Source of the DNA: Dehalococcoidia bacterium
GTDB taxonomy: Bacteria; Chloroflexota; Dehalococcoidia; UBA2979
Reading direction: 5' to 3'
Assembly (NCBI GenBank): GCA_965208885.1
Contig: CBDBPS010000002.1
Coordinates: 325,200 to 389,199, forward strand
Length of the DNA stretch: 64,000 bases
Shown piece by piece: positions 12,173-22,255 of this stretch. The translations under genes and the position numbers were made by a program. Positions within the stretch are counted from its first letter, which is position 1. Every line of letters begins with the position of its first letter. The notes beneath the pieces were generated by a model. That model was not told the DNA's origin. It worked only from the letters and a program-made list of their open reading frames with translations, and searched no databases.

Positions 12173-12682
12173 CTACCAGAACTTCCACCACGGCTTGCCG
12201 CCGCCCGCCGACACCATGCCCGCCGTCAGGCGCGCCGTGCCGACGGAGTGCTCCACGGCTTCCTGGCTGGCCCGGGGCACGTTCTCGACGTGCCGCGGGA
12301 TGAGCTCGTAGAGCACGTCCATGTCTTCGGGGGTGAAGCGGTCGCGTGCGACGGTCTGGACGAGCGCCGCGTGGTGCATCGCCATCCCGCCGGGTACGCG
12401 CTCGAACGCCTTGTCGTAGGCGTTCGCCGCGTCCTGCGCCCGGCTCAGGTTGTCGCCGGCCATGCTCATCCACGACCGCAGGCGAGCCTCCGTGAAGTCG
12501 GCCAGCGGTTCGTCGTCGAGGGTGTACTCGGCACGGATCATCGATTCGGCCTGCTGCTCACGAGCGGCCTGGTCGAGCCCGGCAAGCGCCTCGAAGCGCT
12601 GTTGCATCTCAGTGATCTGAGCGTCGCCCTCCGTGTCGTTGATCTCCGACCACGTCATGTCCGGTTGCGGTTCGTTCGTCAT
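12173..12682 (-). CDS. Hypothetical protein with C-terminal KPWWKFW tail
   Basis: Good codon bias and purine-rich RBS; no family recognised. Confidence 0.7.
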   Translation of the reverse strand: MTNEPQPDMTWSEINDTEGDAQITEMQQRFEALAGLDQAAREQQAESMIRAEYTLDDEPLADFTEARLRSWMSMAGDNLSRAQDAANAYDKAFERVPGGMAMHHAALVQTVARDRFTPEDMDVLYELIPRHVENVPRASQEAVEHSVGTARLTAGMVSAGGGKPWWKFW

Positions 12683-12762
12683 GGCCTTCTTCCTTCCCGC
12701 GCGGGCAGAACACGGTACGCTCCACGGGAGCGCGAGCCAACCCTGCTGCGGGAAGGTATCAA

Positions 12763-13305
12763 ATGGCGACCTTCCATCTCCACCTCCCCGAGGCCCGCAT
12801 CGTCTCGCTCGCCGTCACCTACCACCTCGGCCGGCCCGGATCGGAGACCGACGCGGCCACGCTGCAGCGCCACTCGCTCGGCCTCGGGCCCGTCCTCGAC
12901 GCGCTGGAGCCTCAGCTCGACGCCGACTCCGCGGGGTCCGAGGTCATCGAGCTGGAGCTGTCCGCCTACCAGGTCACGCGCCTGGGCGCGGCGCTGCACG
13001 GGACGGTCAACGAGCTCAAGCAGTTCGGCATGGCCGACGGACGCTCGGCCGTGCCGGGCTTCGCCGAGGCGTTCGAGCACCTCTTCCCCGATGCGACCGA
13101 GGACGGACGGGGAGCCGACGCACTGGACCTGGTGCCTCACGCCGTGGGCCTGCGTCGCCGCCTCGCGGCGGCCGTCCGCGAGGCGGAAACAGAGGTCGAG
13201 GCCGCACGCGAGGCGGACCGCATCGAGGCGGAGCGACAGCAGCGAGGGCGCCTGGCGCGGCTCTGGAGGCGTGTCGCGGGATGGTTCGCGTTGCGTGGCC
13301 GATAG
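12763..13305 (+). CDS. Hypothetical protein with basic amphipathic C-terminus
   Basis: RBS GGAAGG; host codon bias. Confidence 0.7.
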   Translation: MATFHLHLPEARIVSLAVTYHLGRPGSETDAATLQRHSLGLGPVLDALEPQLDADSAGSEVIELELSAYQVTRLGAALHGTVNELKQFGMADGRSAVPGFAEAFEHLFPDATEDGRGADALDLVPHAVGLRRRLAAAVREAETEVEAAREADRIEAERQQRGRLARLWRRVAGWFALRGR

Positions 13306-13402
13306 CGGGGCGTCGGTGCTTGTTCGCCAGTCCGCCCGTACCTAGACTGGCAGCGCGCGGATTCGCGCTGCGGATCGTGGATGAGAAGGGACGCCCAGCC
13401 GG

Positions 13403-13678
<276 letters not shown>

Positions 13679-13706
13679 CCACTGACCCCTCTCGGGCCAA
13701 CAGTGC

Positions 13707-13736
13707 AGAAGCGCCGCATGAGCGGCGCTTCTTGTT
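13707..13736 (+). terminator. Intrinsic terminator hairpin after ferredoxin
   Basis: AGAAGCGCCGC-ATGA-GCGGCGCTTCT followed by TGTT, between convergent genes. Confidence 0.7.
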
Positions 13737-13772
13737 GTCCCTCACGGTTCGCGCGCAGGCGAACGTACCGGG

Positions 13773-14585
13773 TCAGGGAGACGGCTGGCCGTCCAGCATG
13801 GGCAAGTCGTCGTGGTGCATGAAGTCGCGGTGCTCCTGGACGGGGTGCGACTCCAGCCGCACGCCACCGTGTGGCTCCAGGTAGACGAGCAGCACCGCGC
13901 CGCCGGTCTTGCCCGCAAGGCCGTCCGGAGCCCCCGAATACGCCGCGACCGTGTTGTCACCGGCAGCGACGCGCGTCTGCTGCTCCCAGTGCCCAAGCGC
14001 GATGTAGTCATGGTCGAGCACCGCGAGGTGCTCCTCGTAGATGTGGTACGAGCTATGCGACCCGGCCTGCGGATGCAGGAAGTGGCCGTGGCCGATGCCG
14101 ATATGCCAGTCGGCGTCACCCCGGAGCGGGGCGTCGCCGAACGGGCTGAAGTCCGCATCGAGGTGGCTACGTCCCCACAGCTCGACACTGAGCTCGGGGA
14201 GCGTGACGGTCTCGCCCTCGGCCTCGCGCATCAGGATCAGGTTCGGCGCGGCGTGCGTCAGGTCGAGCCGGTCGTACACGGAGCCGGGTCCGACGTGGTC
14301 GTGGTTGCCGGGCAGCAACACCACGGGGCCCGGGACGCGTCGGAGCTGCTCGGCCGCGAAGTCCATCGTCTCGTCGCGCACACGCGCGTTGTCGAAGAAG
14401 TCGCCCGCGATGATCATGAAGTCGACCTCGAACTGGATCGTCAGGTCGACCACTGCCGAGAAGGTGTCGTGCATCTCCTGGCGGCGTCGCACGGAGCGTT
14501 CCTGGTGACTGTGGTCGTACGCACCGAGGTGTACGTCCGAGGTGTGCAGGAATCGCAGCGCACGCCGTTCGTTGCTGTTGCTCAT
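13773..14585 (-). CDS. Mre11/SbcD-like metallophosphoesterase
   Basis: HTSDVHLG, AGDFFD, GNHD, GHG, YIALGHW, AYSGAP. Confidence 0.85.
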   Translation of the reverse strand: MSNSNERRALRFLHTSDVHLGAYDHSHQERSVRRRQEMHDTFSAVVDLTIQFEVDFMIIAGDFFDNARVRDETMDFAAEQLRRVPGPVVLLPGNHDHVGPGSVYDRLDLTHAAPNLILMREAEGETVTLPELSVELWGRSHLDADFSPFGDAPLRGDADWHIGIGHGHFLHPQAGSHSSYHIYEEHLAVLDHDYIALGHWEQQTRVAAGDNTVAAYSGAPDGLAGKTGGAVLLVYLEPHGGVRLESHPVQEHRDFMHHDDLPMLDGQPSP

Positions 14586-15943
14586 GCAACCTCCCCCTCC
14601 GGTTGCAGCTCGTCGATGCGCTGTTGCAGCGCCTCCACCAGCCCGCTGATGGGCACTCGAATCTGCGACATAGTATCGCGATCACGGATGGTAGCGGCAT
14701 CGTCCTCGAGACTGTCGAAGTCGACCGTCACGCAGAGGGGTGTGCCGACTTCGTCCTGCCGTCGGTAGCGGCGGCCGATCGACTGCGCGTCGTCGAACTG
14801 CGTGCGGAAGTGCGGGCGCAGCGCGTCCCACACCCGGCGAGCGGTGGGTGCGAGGCGCTCGTTGCGGGACAGCGGCAATACGGCGACCGTCACGGGCGCC
14901 ACGTGTGGTGCGAGCCGCAGCAGCACGCGCTTCTCGCCGCGGTCGTCGGTCTCCTCGTCGTAGGCATCGACGAGCAGCGTCAGCAGGATGCGGTCGACGC
15001 CCGCCGCCGGCTCGACGACGTGCGGCACGATGTGCTCTTCGCGTTGCGGGTCGAAGTACGACAGCGTCTTGCCGGACGCCTCGGCGTGCGCGCTGAGGTC
15101 GAAGTCGCCGCGGTGTGCGATGCCCTCAAGCTCGCCCCAGCCCCACGGGTAGAGGTACTCGACGTCCGAGGTCGCGCTCGAGTAGTGCGAGAGCTCCTCG
15201 GGATCGTGGTCGCGCAGCCGCAGCCGGTCCGGCCGCACGCCGAGCGAGTGGTACCAGGCGAGGCGCTCCTGCTTCCAGTACTCGTGCTGCGCGATCGAGT
15301 CCGCGGGGTCGCAGAAGTACTCCATCTCCATCTGCTCGAACTCGAGCATCCGGAACGTGAAGTGCCCCGTTGTGATCTCGTTGCGGAACGACTTGCCGAC
15401 CTGCGCGATGCCGAACGGCAGCCGCCGTCGCGTGCTCTGGAGCACGTTGTCGAAGTTCACGAACATGCCCTGCGCAGTCTCGGGTCGCAGGTACGCCACG
15501 GATGCGTCGTCCTGCACCGCGCCGACGAACGTGCGGAACAGCAGGTTGAACTGGCGCTCCTCGGTGAACCGTCCGACCGTGCCGCAGACCGGACACGTGT
15601 CGTCCTCGATGTGGTCGGCGCGCACGCGCGAGCGGCAATCGAGGCAGTCGACGAGCGGGTCGGAGAATCCGTCGACGTGACCCGATGCCTTCCAGACCGC
15701 CGGGTTCGTGATCATCGCCGCCTCGATGCCGACGACGTCGCTGCGCTCCTGCACCATCCGGCGCCACCACAGCTCGCGGATGTTGCGCTTCATCTCGACG
15801 CCGAGCGGGCCGTAGTCGTAGGTGGACGCGAAGCCGCCATAGATCTCGGCCGAGGGGAAGACGAAGCCTCGCCGCTTGGCGAGCGAAATCAGCGTCTCCA
15901 ACTCGACATTGGCGGCCACAGTCTCCACGGGAGCCTCAGTCAC
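14582..15943 (-). CDS. glyQS: Glycine--tRNA ligase (homodimeric type)
   Basis: EIYGG..YDYGPLG, YLRPETAQG, FRNEIT, EFEQMEMEYF, SIGRRYRRQDEVGTP. Confidence 0.96.
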   Translation of the reverse strand: MTEAPVETVAANVELETLISLAKRRGFVFPSAEIYGGFASTYDYGPLGVEMKRNIRELWWRRMVQERSDVVGIEAAMITNPAVWKASGHVDGFSDPLVDCLDCRSRVRADHIEDDTCPVCGTVGRFTEERQFNLLFRTFVGAVQDDASVAYLRPETAQGMFVNFDNVLQSTRRRLPFGIAQVGKSFRNEITTGHFTFRMLEFEQMEMEYFCDPADSIAQHEYWKQERLAWYHSLGVRPDRLRLRDHDPEELSHYSSATSDVEYLYPWGWGELEGIAHRGDFDLSAHAEASGKTLSYFDPQREEHIVPHVVEPAAGVDRILLTLLVDAYDEETDDRGEKRVLLRLAPHVAPVTVAVLPLSRNERLAPTARRVWDALRPHFRTQFDDAQSIGRRYRRQDEVGTPLCVTVDFDSLEDDAATIRDRDTMSQIRVPISGLVEALQQRIDELQPEGEVA

Positions 15944-16102
15944 GCCTCACCTCGCGCTATCGCCCCGGCACGCGCTGACGCGCGCCGCGGGCTGCACCGC
16001 ACCGAACCGGAATGGCTCCGCGCGATCATACGTGGAGCGGAGGGTAGCCGCCGGTGCTAGCATGATCGATAGCAACCACTCCCCGGTACCCGGAGTCCTG
16101 CC

Positions 16103-16219
16103 ATGGCACGCTTGATGATGTTCCTCGTGCTCGGCATCGCCGTCGGCCTCGCGGCCGCGCTCTACATCTCCGCCCGCGACGAGCTCGAGGCGGAGGGAGC
16201 AAGCGAGGCGGGCGACTAA
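16103..16219 (+). CDS. Small single-pass membrane protein (38 aa), not in the ORF track
   Basis: MARLMMFLVLGIAVGLAAALYISARDELEAEGASEAGD; GGAG RBS; TGcTAGCAT -10-like element upstream. Confidence 0.6.
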   Translation: MARLMMFLVLGIAVGLAAALYISARDELEAEGASEAGD

Positions 16220-16304
16220 CCCGCCTCGCTCCTCTGTAGCTTCGCTACCGGCCCGGTCCCCGCACTGAGCGGGGCGCCGGTCCGGTTCGCCGGACGCTCT
16301 TGCG

Positions 16305-18359
16305 CTAGATGAAGAGCGGTCCGAACACCACCGCCACGATCGCCATCAGCTTGAGCAGGATGTTCAGCGACGGCCCCGAGGTGTCCTTGAACGGGTCGCC
16401 CACGGTGTCGCCGATGACCGCCGCGGCGTGCGCCTCGGAGCCCTTGCCGCCGTGCGCGCCTGCCTCGATGTACTTCTTCGCGTTGTCCCAGGCGCCGCCT
16501 GCGTTCGCCATCATCAGCGCCAGCAGCGCACCCGCGGCGATCGAGCCGGCCAGCAGCCCGCCGAGCGCCTCGGGGCCAATGAAGACGCCGACCCCGACCG
16601 GGACCACCACGGCGATGGTGCCGGGGATGACCATCTCGCGGAGCGCACCCCGCGTCGCGATGTCGACCGCGCCCGCCGAGTCCGGATCCTCCGTGCCGTC
16701 CATGATGCCGGGGTGCTCGCGGAACTGCCGCCGCACCTCGTTGACCATCGCCATCGCTGCGCGGCCGACCGCCGCCATGGTGAGGGCGGCGAACAGGAAC
16801 GGCATCAGCGCGCCGAGCAGCGTGCCGATCAGCACACTCACGTCGAGCAGGTCGAAGACGAGCGTCTCACCGTCGCTGATCACCTGCTGGTAGGTGAACA
16901 TCAGCGCCATCGCCGTCAGTACGGCGGAGCCGATGGCGAAGCCCTTGCCTGTCGCCGCCGTCGTGTTGCCGAGGCTGTCGAGCGCGTCCGTGCGCTCGCG
17001 CACCTCGGGCGGCAGGGCGGCCTGCTCGGCGATACCGCCGGCGTTGTCGGCCACAGGCCCGTACGCGTCGCTGGCGAGCGTCACACCGAGGGTCGAGAGC
17101 ATGCCGACCGCAGCGAGCGCGATGCCGTAGAGCCCGGCCAGTTCGTAGGTGATGGCGATCGCGACCACGATGGTGATCAGCGGGATCGCCGTCGAGAGCA
17201 TGCCGAGCCCGAGGCCGCCGATGATCACGGTGCCCGCGCCGGTCTCGGCCTGCTCGGCGAGCTTCTTCGTGGGTGAGAACTCGAACGCGGTGTAGTACTC
17301 CGTCGCCGTGCCGATGATCTGGCCGGCGACGAGCCCGACGAGCACGACCCAGAACAGGTCGTACTTGAGTTCCATCACCGTTACCGCGATGGCCGTGCCG
17401 ATGAGCACGAGGCCGCCTGCCGAGAAGATGCCGGTGCGCAGCGCCCAGAGCAGCCGCCCCATCGTCGCGTCCTCGCTCGTCCGCACGAGGAAGGTGCCGA
17501 TGATCGAGGAGGCGATACCGATCGCCATCACGAGGAACGGCAGCACGAAGGCGTCGCCGTCGTAGTCGGCCGTCGCGCCGTCGGCGAAGACGATGGCGAC
17601 CGTTGCCAGCGACATCGTCGCGACGACCGAGCCGGTGTAGGACTCGAAGAGGTCGGCGCCCATGCCCGCCACGTCGCCGACGTTGTCGCCGACGTTGTCG
17701 GCGATGGTCGCCGGGTTGCGCGGGTCGTCCTCGGGGATGCCCGCCTCGACCTTGCCGACGAGGTCGGCGCCGACGTCGGCGGCCTTCGTGTAGATGCCGC
17801 CGCCGACGCGCGCGAAGAGCGCGATGGACGATGCGCCAAACGCGAAGCCGGTGAGCGGCCCCACGTCCTGGAAGATGAGGTACAGCACGGCAAGGCAGCC
17901 GAGGCTGATGCCCACGACCGTCATGCCCATGACCGAGCCCGACGAGAACGCCACGCGCAGCGCCGGGTTGAGGCCCTCGCGCGCCTTGGCCGTCGTGCGC
18001 ACGTTCGCGCGCACCGCCACGTACATCCCGATGTACCCGGCCGTCGCCGACGCGATGGCGCCTACGACGTAGGCGATGGCGAAGCGTGGCAGGTCGGTCA
18101 GGTTCCCCGTGCCGCTGTCGAGCTTGTCGAGCACGTCGAGGTCACGGAACAGCAGCAGCACCACCGCCACCACCACCACAAAGACGGCGATGAAGGTGTA
18201 TTCGCGGCGCAGGAACGCCGCCGCTCCGATCTGGATCTGCTCGGCGATCGAGCGCATGGTCTCGTCGCCCTCGTCTTCGCCCAGGAGCCGTTGCGTAGCC
18301 ACTACGGCGAACGCGAGCGCGACGAGCGCAGCTACGATTGCGACCCAGAGGATCTCCAT
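16305..18359 (-). CDS. hppA: Membrane-bound ion-translocating pyrophosphatase, K+-dependent type
   Basis: GGGIYTKAADVGADLVGKVE, DNVGDNVGD, GNTTAATGKG (Ala signature of K+ dependence). Confidence 0.95.
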   Translation of the reverse strand: MEILWVAIVAALVALAFAVVATQRLLGEDEGDETMRSIAEQIQIGAAAFLRREYTFIAVFVVVVAVVLLLFRDLDVLDKLDSGTGNLTDLPRFAIAYVVGAIASATAGYIGMYVAVRANVRTTAKAREGLNPALRVAFSSGSVMGMTVVGISLGCLAVLYLIFQDVGPLTGFAFGASSIALFARVGGGIYTKAADVGADLVGKVEAGIPEDDPRNPATIADNVGDNVGDVAGMGADLFESYTGSVVATMSLATVAIVFADGATADYDGDAFVLPFLVMAIGIASSIIGTFLVRTSEDATMGRLLWALRTGIFSAGGLVLIGTAIAVTVMELKYDLFWVVLVGLVAGQIIGTATEYYTAFEFSPTKKLAEQAETGAGTVIIGGLGLGMLSTAIPLITIVVAIAITYELAGLYGIALAAVGMLSTLGVTLASDAYGPVADNAGGIAEQAALPPEVRERTDALDSLGNTTAATGKGFAIGSAVLTAMALMFTYQQVISDGETLVFDLLDVSVLIGTLLGALMPFLFAALTMAAVGRAAMAMVNEVRRQFREHPGIMDGTEDPDSAGAVDIATRGALREMVIPGTIAVVVPVGVGVFIGPEALGGLLAGSIAAGALLALMMANAGGAWDNAKKYIEAGAHGGKGSEAHAAAVIGDTVGDPFKDTSGPSLNILLKLMAIVAVVFGPLFI

Positions 18360-18520
18360 GATTCGTTCCCCCCGTGCACAGGATTCCCGCGGAAATCTGC
18401 GAGCAACACTGACGCCGCGATACTAAACGCGCGCGCCCGCGTGCGCGAGCGCACAATCGACGTGACACTCCCTTATCGGACGCACTTGCGCGGATCGTGC
18501 ATAGGTGAGCGTGCGAGGGC

Positions 18521-18859
18521 TCAGTCAGAGACGGAGTCCGGGAGTTCCCCGTCCCGCGCGGCGTCGATCATCTCGCGCGTGTCGTCGGGGATGTCGAGGC
18601 CGTACTCCGCGAAGCGCTGCTCGACCCACTGGCCGATCTGGCGCGGGTCGCGGTACCCACCGCCCTCGGCCGGCGACCCGTACTCGTCGACGACGTCCTG
18701 CGTGGTCTTGAGTCGCGCGACCTGCGATACCACGCGGCTGATCTCCGCCGAGCCGCAGTGCTCGCAGCGCTGGTCAGGCGAGACTTCCTGGCGGATCGAG
18801 CGCAGGAACACGCTCGTCACCTGCTCACAGTCGTCGCAGCGGTACTCGTAGATCGGCAT
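18521..18859 (-). CDS. FmdB-family zinc ribbon protein
   Basis: MPIYEYRCDDC...CEHCGS. Confidence 0.85.
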   Translation of the reverse strand: MPIYEYRCDDCEQVTSVFLRSIRQEVSPDQRCEHCGSAEISRVVSQVARLKTTQDVVDEYGSPAEGGGYRDPRQIGQWVEQRFAEYGLDIPDDTREMIDAARDGELPDSVSD

Positions 18860-18888
18860 CGGCGGGTGCGAGGCGCGGCCGCGGCGGC

Positions 18889-19305
18889 CTACGCCCCCTC
18901 CTTCGCCTGGCGCTCACGCTCGGCCCGCATGCGGCCGTGCTGCAGGTTGTGCTCGAAGGAGTGCCCCGCGCCGAAGCGGTCGACGGGGTCTTCGCCGGCC
19001 TCGGTCTGCTCGGCGAGCTCGCGGTAGTTGGTGCCGAGCGCTTCGTCGTACTCGGCGCCCGCGCGACGCGCCCAGCGCGCGAAGCTCCGCTCGTCGCCGT
19101 CCTGGAGCGCTGCCTGCTGCGCCTCGATGTCGACTTCCTCGAGGCGCTGCGCGCCGGTGCGCGCCCGCGCGAACGTCGACATCACGCGTGTGAGCTCAGC
19201 GTTCCCGCACTGCGGGCACGACGCGTTGTCGATGCTCGCCGCCGAGCGGTGGAGGACCTCAACGCGGTCGCCGCAGCCGGCGCAGTCGTACTGGTAGATC
19301 GGCAT
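18889..19305 (-). CDS. FmdB-family zinc ribbon protein
   Basis: MPIYQYDCAGC...CPQCG...RVMSTF. Confidence 0.85.
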   Translation of the reverse strand: MPIYQYDCAGCGDRVEVLHRSAASIDNASCPQCGNAELTRVMSTFARARTGAQRLEEVDIEAQQAALQDGDERSFARWARRAGAEYDEALGTNYRELAEQTEAGEDPVDRFGAGHSFEHNLQHGRMRAERERQAKEGA

Positions 19306-19349
19306 GGTCGGAGTGTAGCCCCGCGCACCACGTCTTGCAGCCCCATCGT

Positions 19350-19730
19350 TCAACCCTCGACGGCGTTCACCACGTGCTCGAACGACGCCACCGAGCCGTC
19401 GTCGCCGAGGTCGATCGCGACCACGTCGATGCGCTGCTGCTCGGGCAGCTCGGGGTGCTCGGCGGCGTAGGCGAGTGCGAGGTTGCGGAGTCGGCGCTGC
19501 TTCGCCGGGCTCAACGCCTCGATCGCCCGCCCTGCCTGCCGCGGTCGCCTCAGCTTCACCTCGACGAACACGAGCGTGCCGCCCTCGCGGGTCCCGTCCA
19601 GCGCGATGAGGTCGACCTCGCCCTCGCGACGCCGCACGTTGCGCGCGATCAGCTCGTAGCCATGCCGCGCGAGGTAGTCCGCGGCCAGCCGCTCACCCGA
19701 GCGGCCGAGGCGGTCCGTCGGCCTCGTCAC
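19350..19730 (-). CDS. YraN family (UPF0102) protein
   Basis: LGRSGERLAADYL..GY...N....GEVDLIA...LVFVEVK...RIDVVAI; follows rnhB. Confidence 0.9.
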   Translation of the reverse strand: MTRPTDRLGRSGERLAADYLARHGYELIARNVRRREGEVDLIALDGTREGGTLVFVEVKLRRPRQAGRAIEALSPAKQRRLRNLALAYAAEHPELPEQQRIDVVAIDLGDDGSVASFEHVVNAVEG

Positions 19731-19737
19731 GGCCGAG

Positions 19738-20442
19738 TCAGGCTGCGCGCCCCGCGGCGCTGCCTGTGATCCTGGCTGAACGCGCGCGCAGCGCGTGAAG
19801 TACGGGGGCGAAGAGCAGGCGGTGGACACTCGAAGGCCCGATCTCGTGGAGTGCCCGGCGGTGGTCGGGCGTGGCATAGCCCTTGTTGCTCGCGAAGCCG
19901 TAGCCAGCGAAGCGGGCGTCGAGGCCGTCCATCATCGCGTCGCGCGCGACCTTCGCCACGATGCTCGCCGCGGCCACGGAAGGGCAGAGCGCGTCGCCGT
20001 CGATGACGGCGCGCTGCGGGGCGTCGCACTCCACGACCTCGCGCCCGTCGACGATGAGCGCGTCGGGCGGCTCGGGCAGCGCGAGCACCGCGCGACGCAT
20101 CGCGAGGCGCGTCGCGCGGGTCATGCCGAGCTGGTCGATGACGGGTGGCGAGACAACGCCGATGGCCCAGTCGCAACGCTCACGGATCTCGGCCGCGAGC
20201 TCCTCGCGCGTGGGCGCGTCGAGGAGCTTCGAGTCGCGCAGCCGCCCCACCCACCGCGCACGCGAGTACGGCAGCACCACCGCGCCCGCGACGACCGGCC
20301 CGGCAAGCGGCCCCCGTCCGACCTCGTCGACGCCGGCGACGCGCGCGAAGCCCTCGCGCCAGATCGCGTTCTCGACCTGCCACGTGGGTTTGGCGGTGCG
20401 TCGGGGCTTGAGTTGGGGTAATAGCTTCGTCGTGGTGGCCAC
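19738..20442 (-). CDS. rnhB: Ribonuclease HII
   Basis: GVDEVGRGPLAGPVVA, LRDSK, VDG, SVAAASIVAKVARD, NKGY. Confidence 0.95.
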   Translation of the reverse strand: MATTTKLLPQLKPRRTAKPTWQVENAIWREGFARVAGVDEVGRGPLAGPVVAGAVVLPYSRARWVGRLRDSKLLDAPTREELAAEIRERCDWAIGVVSPPVIDQLGMTRATRLAMRRAVLALPEPPDALIVDGREVVECDAPQRAVIDGDALCPSVAAASIVAKVARDAMMDGLDARFAGYGFASNKGYATPDHRRALHEIGPSSVHRLLFAPVLHALRARSARITGSAAGRAA

Positions 20443-20512
20443 GCGGCATCCTAGGCATCGCTATACCGATCGGGCAAGTAAGCCGTTGTACACGCCGGGA
20501 TCCCGACGCTGC

Positions 20513-22255
20513 CTACCACGATGAGAATGGAAGCCTCGTGTACTCGACGTCCCCCCAGCACACGACCTCGCCCGCGGCCGTGACCGCGCAGAACCGATCC
20601 GCGCCCGCGCTGATGGCGGTGTACCGGCCTGCGGGTGCGTCGGTCTGTCCAGCCCAGTTTACCCCTCCCCAGCAGACTGCCTCTCGCCGATCCGTGAGGG
20701 CGCACGTATACCCGAAGCCGACGCTGATGGCCGTGTATCGACCCGGCGGCACTTCGGTTTCACCCCGTATGTTTGTACCCCAACAGACCACCCTGCCATC
20801 GTGTCCGAGGGCACAGGTGTGGAGGCGGCCCCCGCTGATCGCGGCGTACCCGCCTTCGGGGACTTCGTAGTACGCGTCCATGCTCGCCCACTCCCATCCC
20901 CAACAGGCCACCTCACCGACATCCGTGAGGCCGCAGGCCCGCACACCAGCCGATGTGATCACGCTGTACGGACCGGATAGCACGTCGAGATCACCACGAT
21001 CCCAGCACGCCGCGTCGTGATTCCAGGTAAGCGCACAGGTCATGAAGCCGCCCGACTGCGTGTCGATCTGTCGGTAGCGTTCCGGGAGGACGCGCGTCTC
21101 GCCGGGACTCCGGTAGCCCCAGCAGACGGCTTCACCTTCGAGCGTGAGTGCGCAACTGTGCCTCGCGCCTGCGGTGATCGCTCGGTAGAGGCCGGGTGGC
21201 GCATCCGCCTGACCGGAGGAGTTCCAACCCCAGCACGCGACCTCGCCCACGTCCGTCAGGGCGCAGGTGTGGTGAGCGCCGTCTGCTACCTGCACGTAGC
21301 GATTCGAGTCGGGATCGGGCCGCTCCACACGGATGTCCGTCGCTTCCCAGCAGATGGCTTCGCCACTGTCTGTGAGCGCGCAGGCGAACGCACGGTGGCG
21401 ATCACCGATACCGACGCTCCGGGGGGTGACGCCCACGCTGATCGCGGTGTATCCAGCGGGTGACGGATCGGGGGGCGTGAGTCGTGTGTAGTACGGGGTC
21501 CAACAGACCGCTTCGCCTGCGTCGCTCAGGGCACAGGCGTGATGGGGGGTCGCGTCCACGGTGGTGTACACCCCCTGGGGTGTATGCCGGGCCGCGGCGC
21601 CACTGCACACAGCCGCACCGGCTTCGGTCAGGACGCAGACGCCGCCACCCATCACACTGATCTCCGCGTAGCGGCCTGGCGGCAGCCCCAGCCCACCAGA
21701 GCCCCAGCAGACCAGATCCCCATCCTCGGTCAGCCCGCAACTGGTGGAGTGAGACGAGTCAATGTATGCCTGGTATCCAACACTCACCGCCACGAATGGA
21801 CCCGAGGCGGCGTCGTGAAACGCGGATGGCCCCGAGTCATCCCAGCAGACCACGCCTTTGCTCTCCGTGACCGCGCAAGTGTGCGACGCCGTCGTACTGA
21901 CCGAGACATAGTGTCTCGGGGGCGGCCAGCCCCAGAGCCCGCCACGCCCCCAGCAGGCAACGTCGCCCTCAACAGTCACCGCACAGGTGTGAGCCGGCCC
22001 GGCGTCGATCGACTCATAGCGAGCCTGCGGCACCTCCAGTTGCCCATGCTCGTTCGATCCCTAGCAGACCACCTGCTCGTCACTCGCAAGCGCACACGCA
22101 TGTAGCGCTCCTACAGTGATCGCTACGTACCTGCCGGGTGGCACATCGAGCGGCGTGCCCGCAGCTCCCGGGGGCGCGGGCGGCCTCGAGCGGACCTCGT
22201 TCCCGTCGCTACATGCGAAGGCCAGCGCGATGGCAGCGAGCACCGAGCCAAGCAT
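20513..22255 (-). pseudogene. RCC1/BLIP-II-like beta-propeller repeat lipoprotein interrupted by one in-frame TAG (22061-22063)
   Basis: Lipobox-like LAFAC, then many HTCALT..G..VCWG repeats; the first repeat reads VVC-TAG-GSNEHGQ in frame with the rest; start position uncertain. Confidence 0.75.

Noticed and set aside
15944-16100. T-box leader upstream of glyQS
   Set aside because: The region is short, and no T-box consensus or terminator was seen.
22061-22063. Pyrrolysine or programmed amber recoding of the RCC1 gene
   Set aside because: The position is a conserved Trp one substitution away (TGG), many genes here use TAG as a normal stop, and no pyl genes are in the window; a nonsense mutation is simpler.
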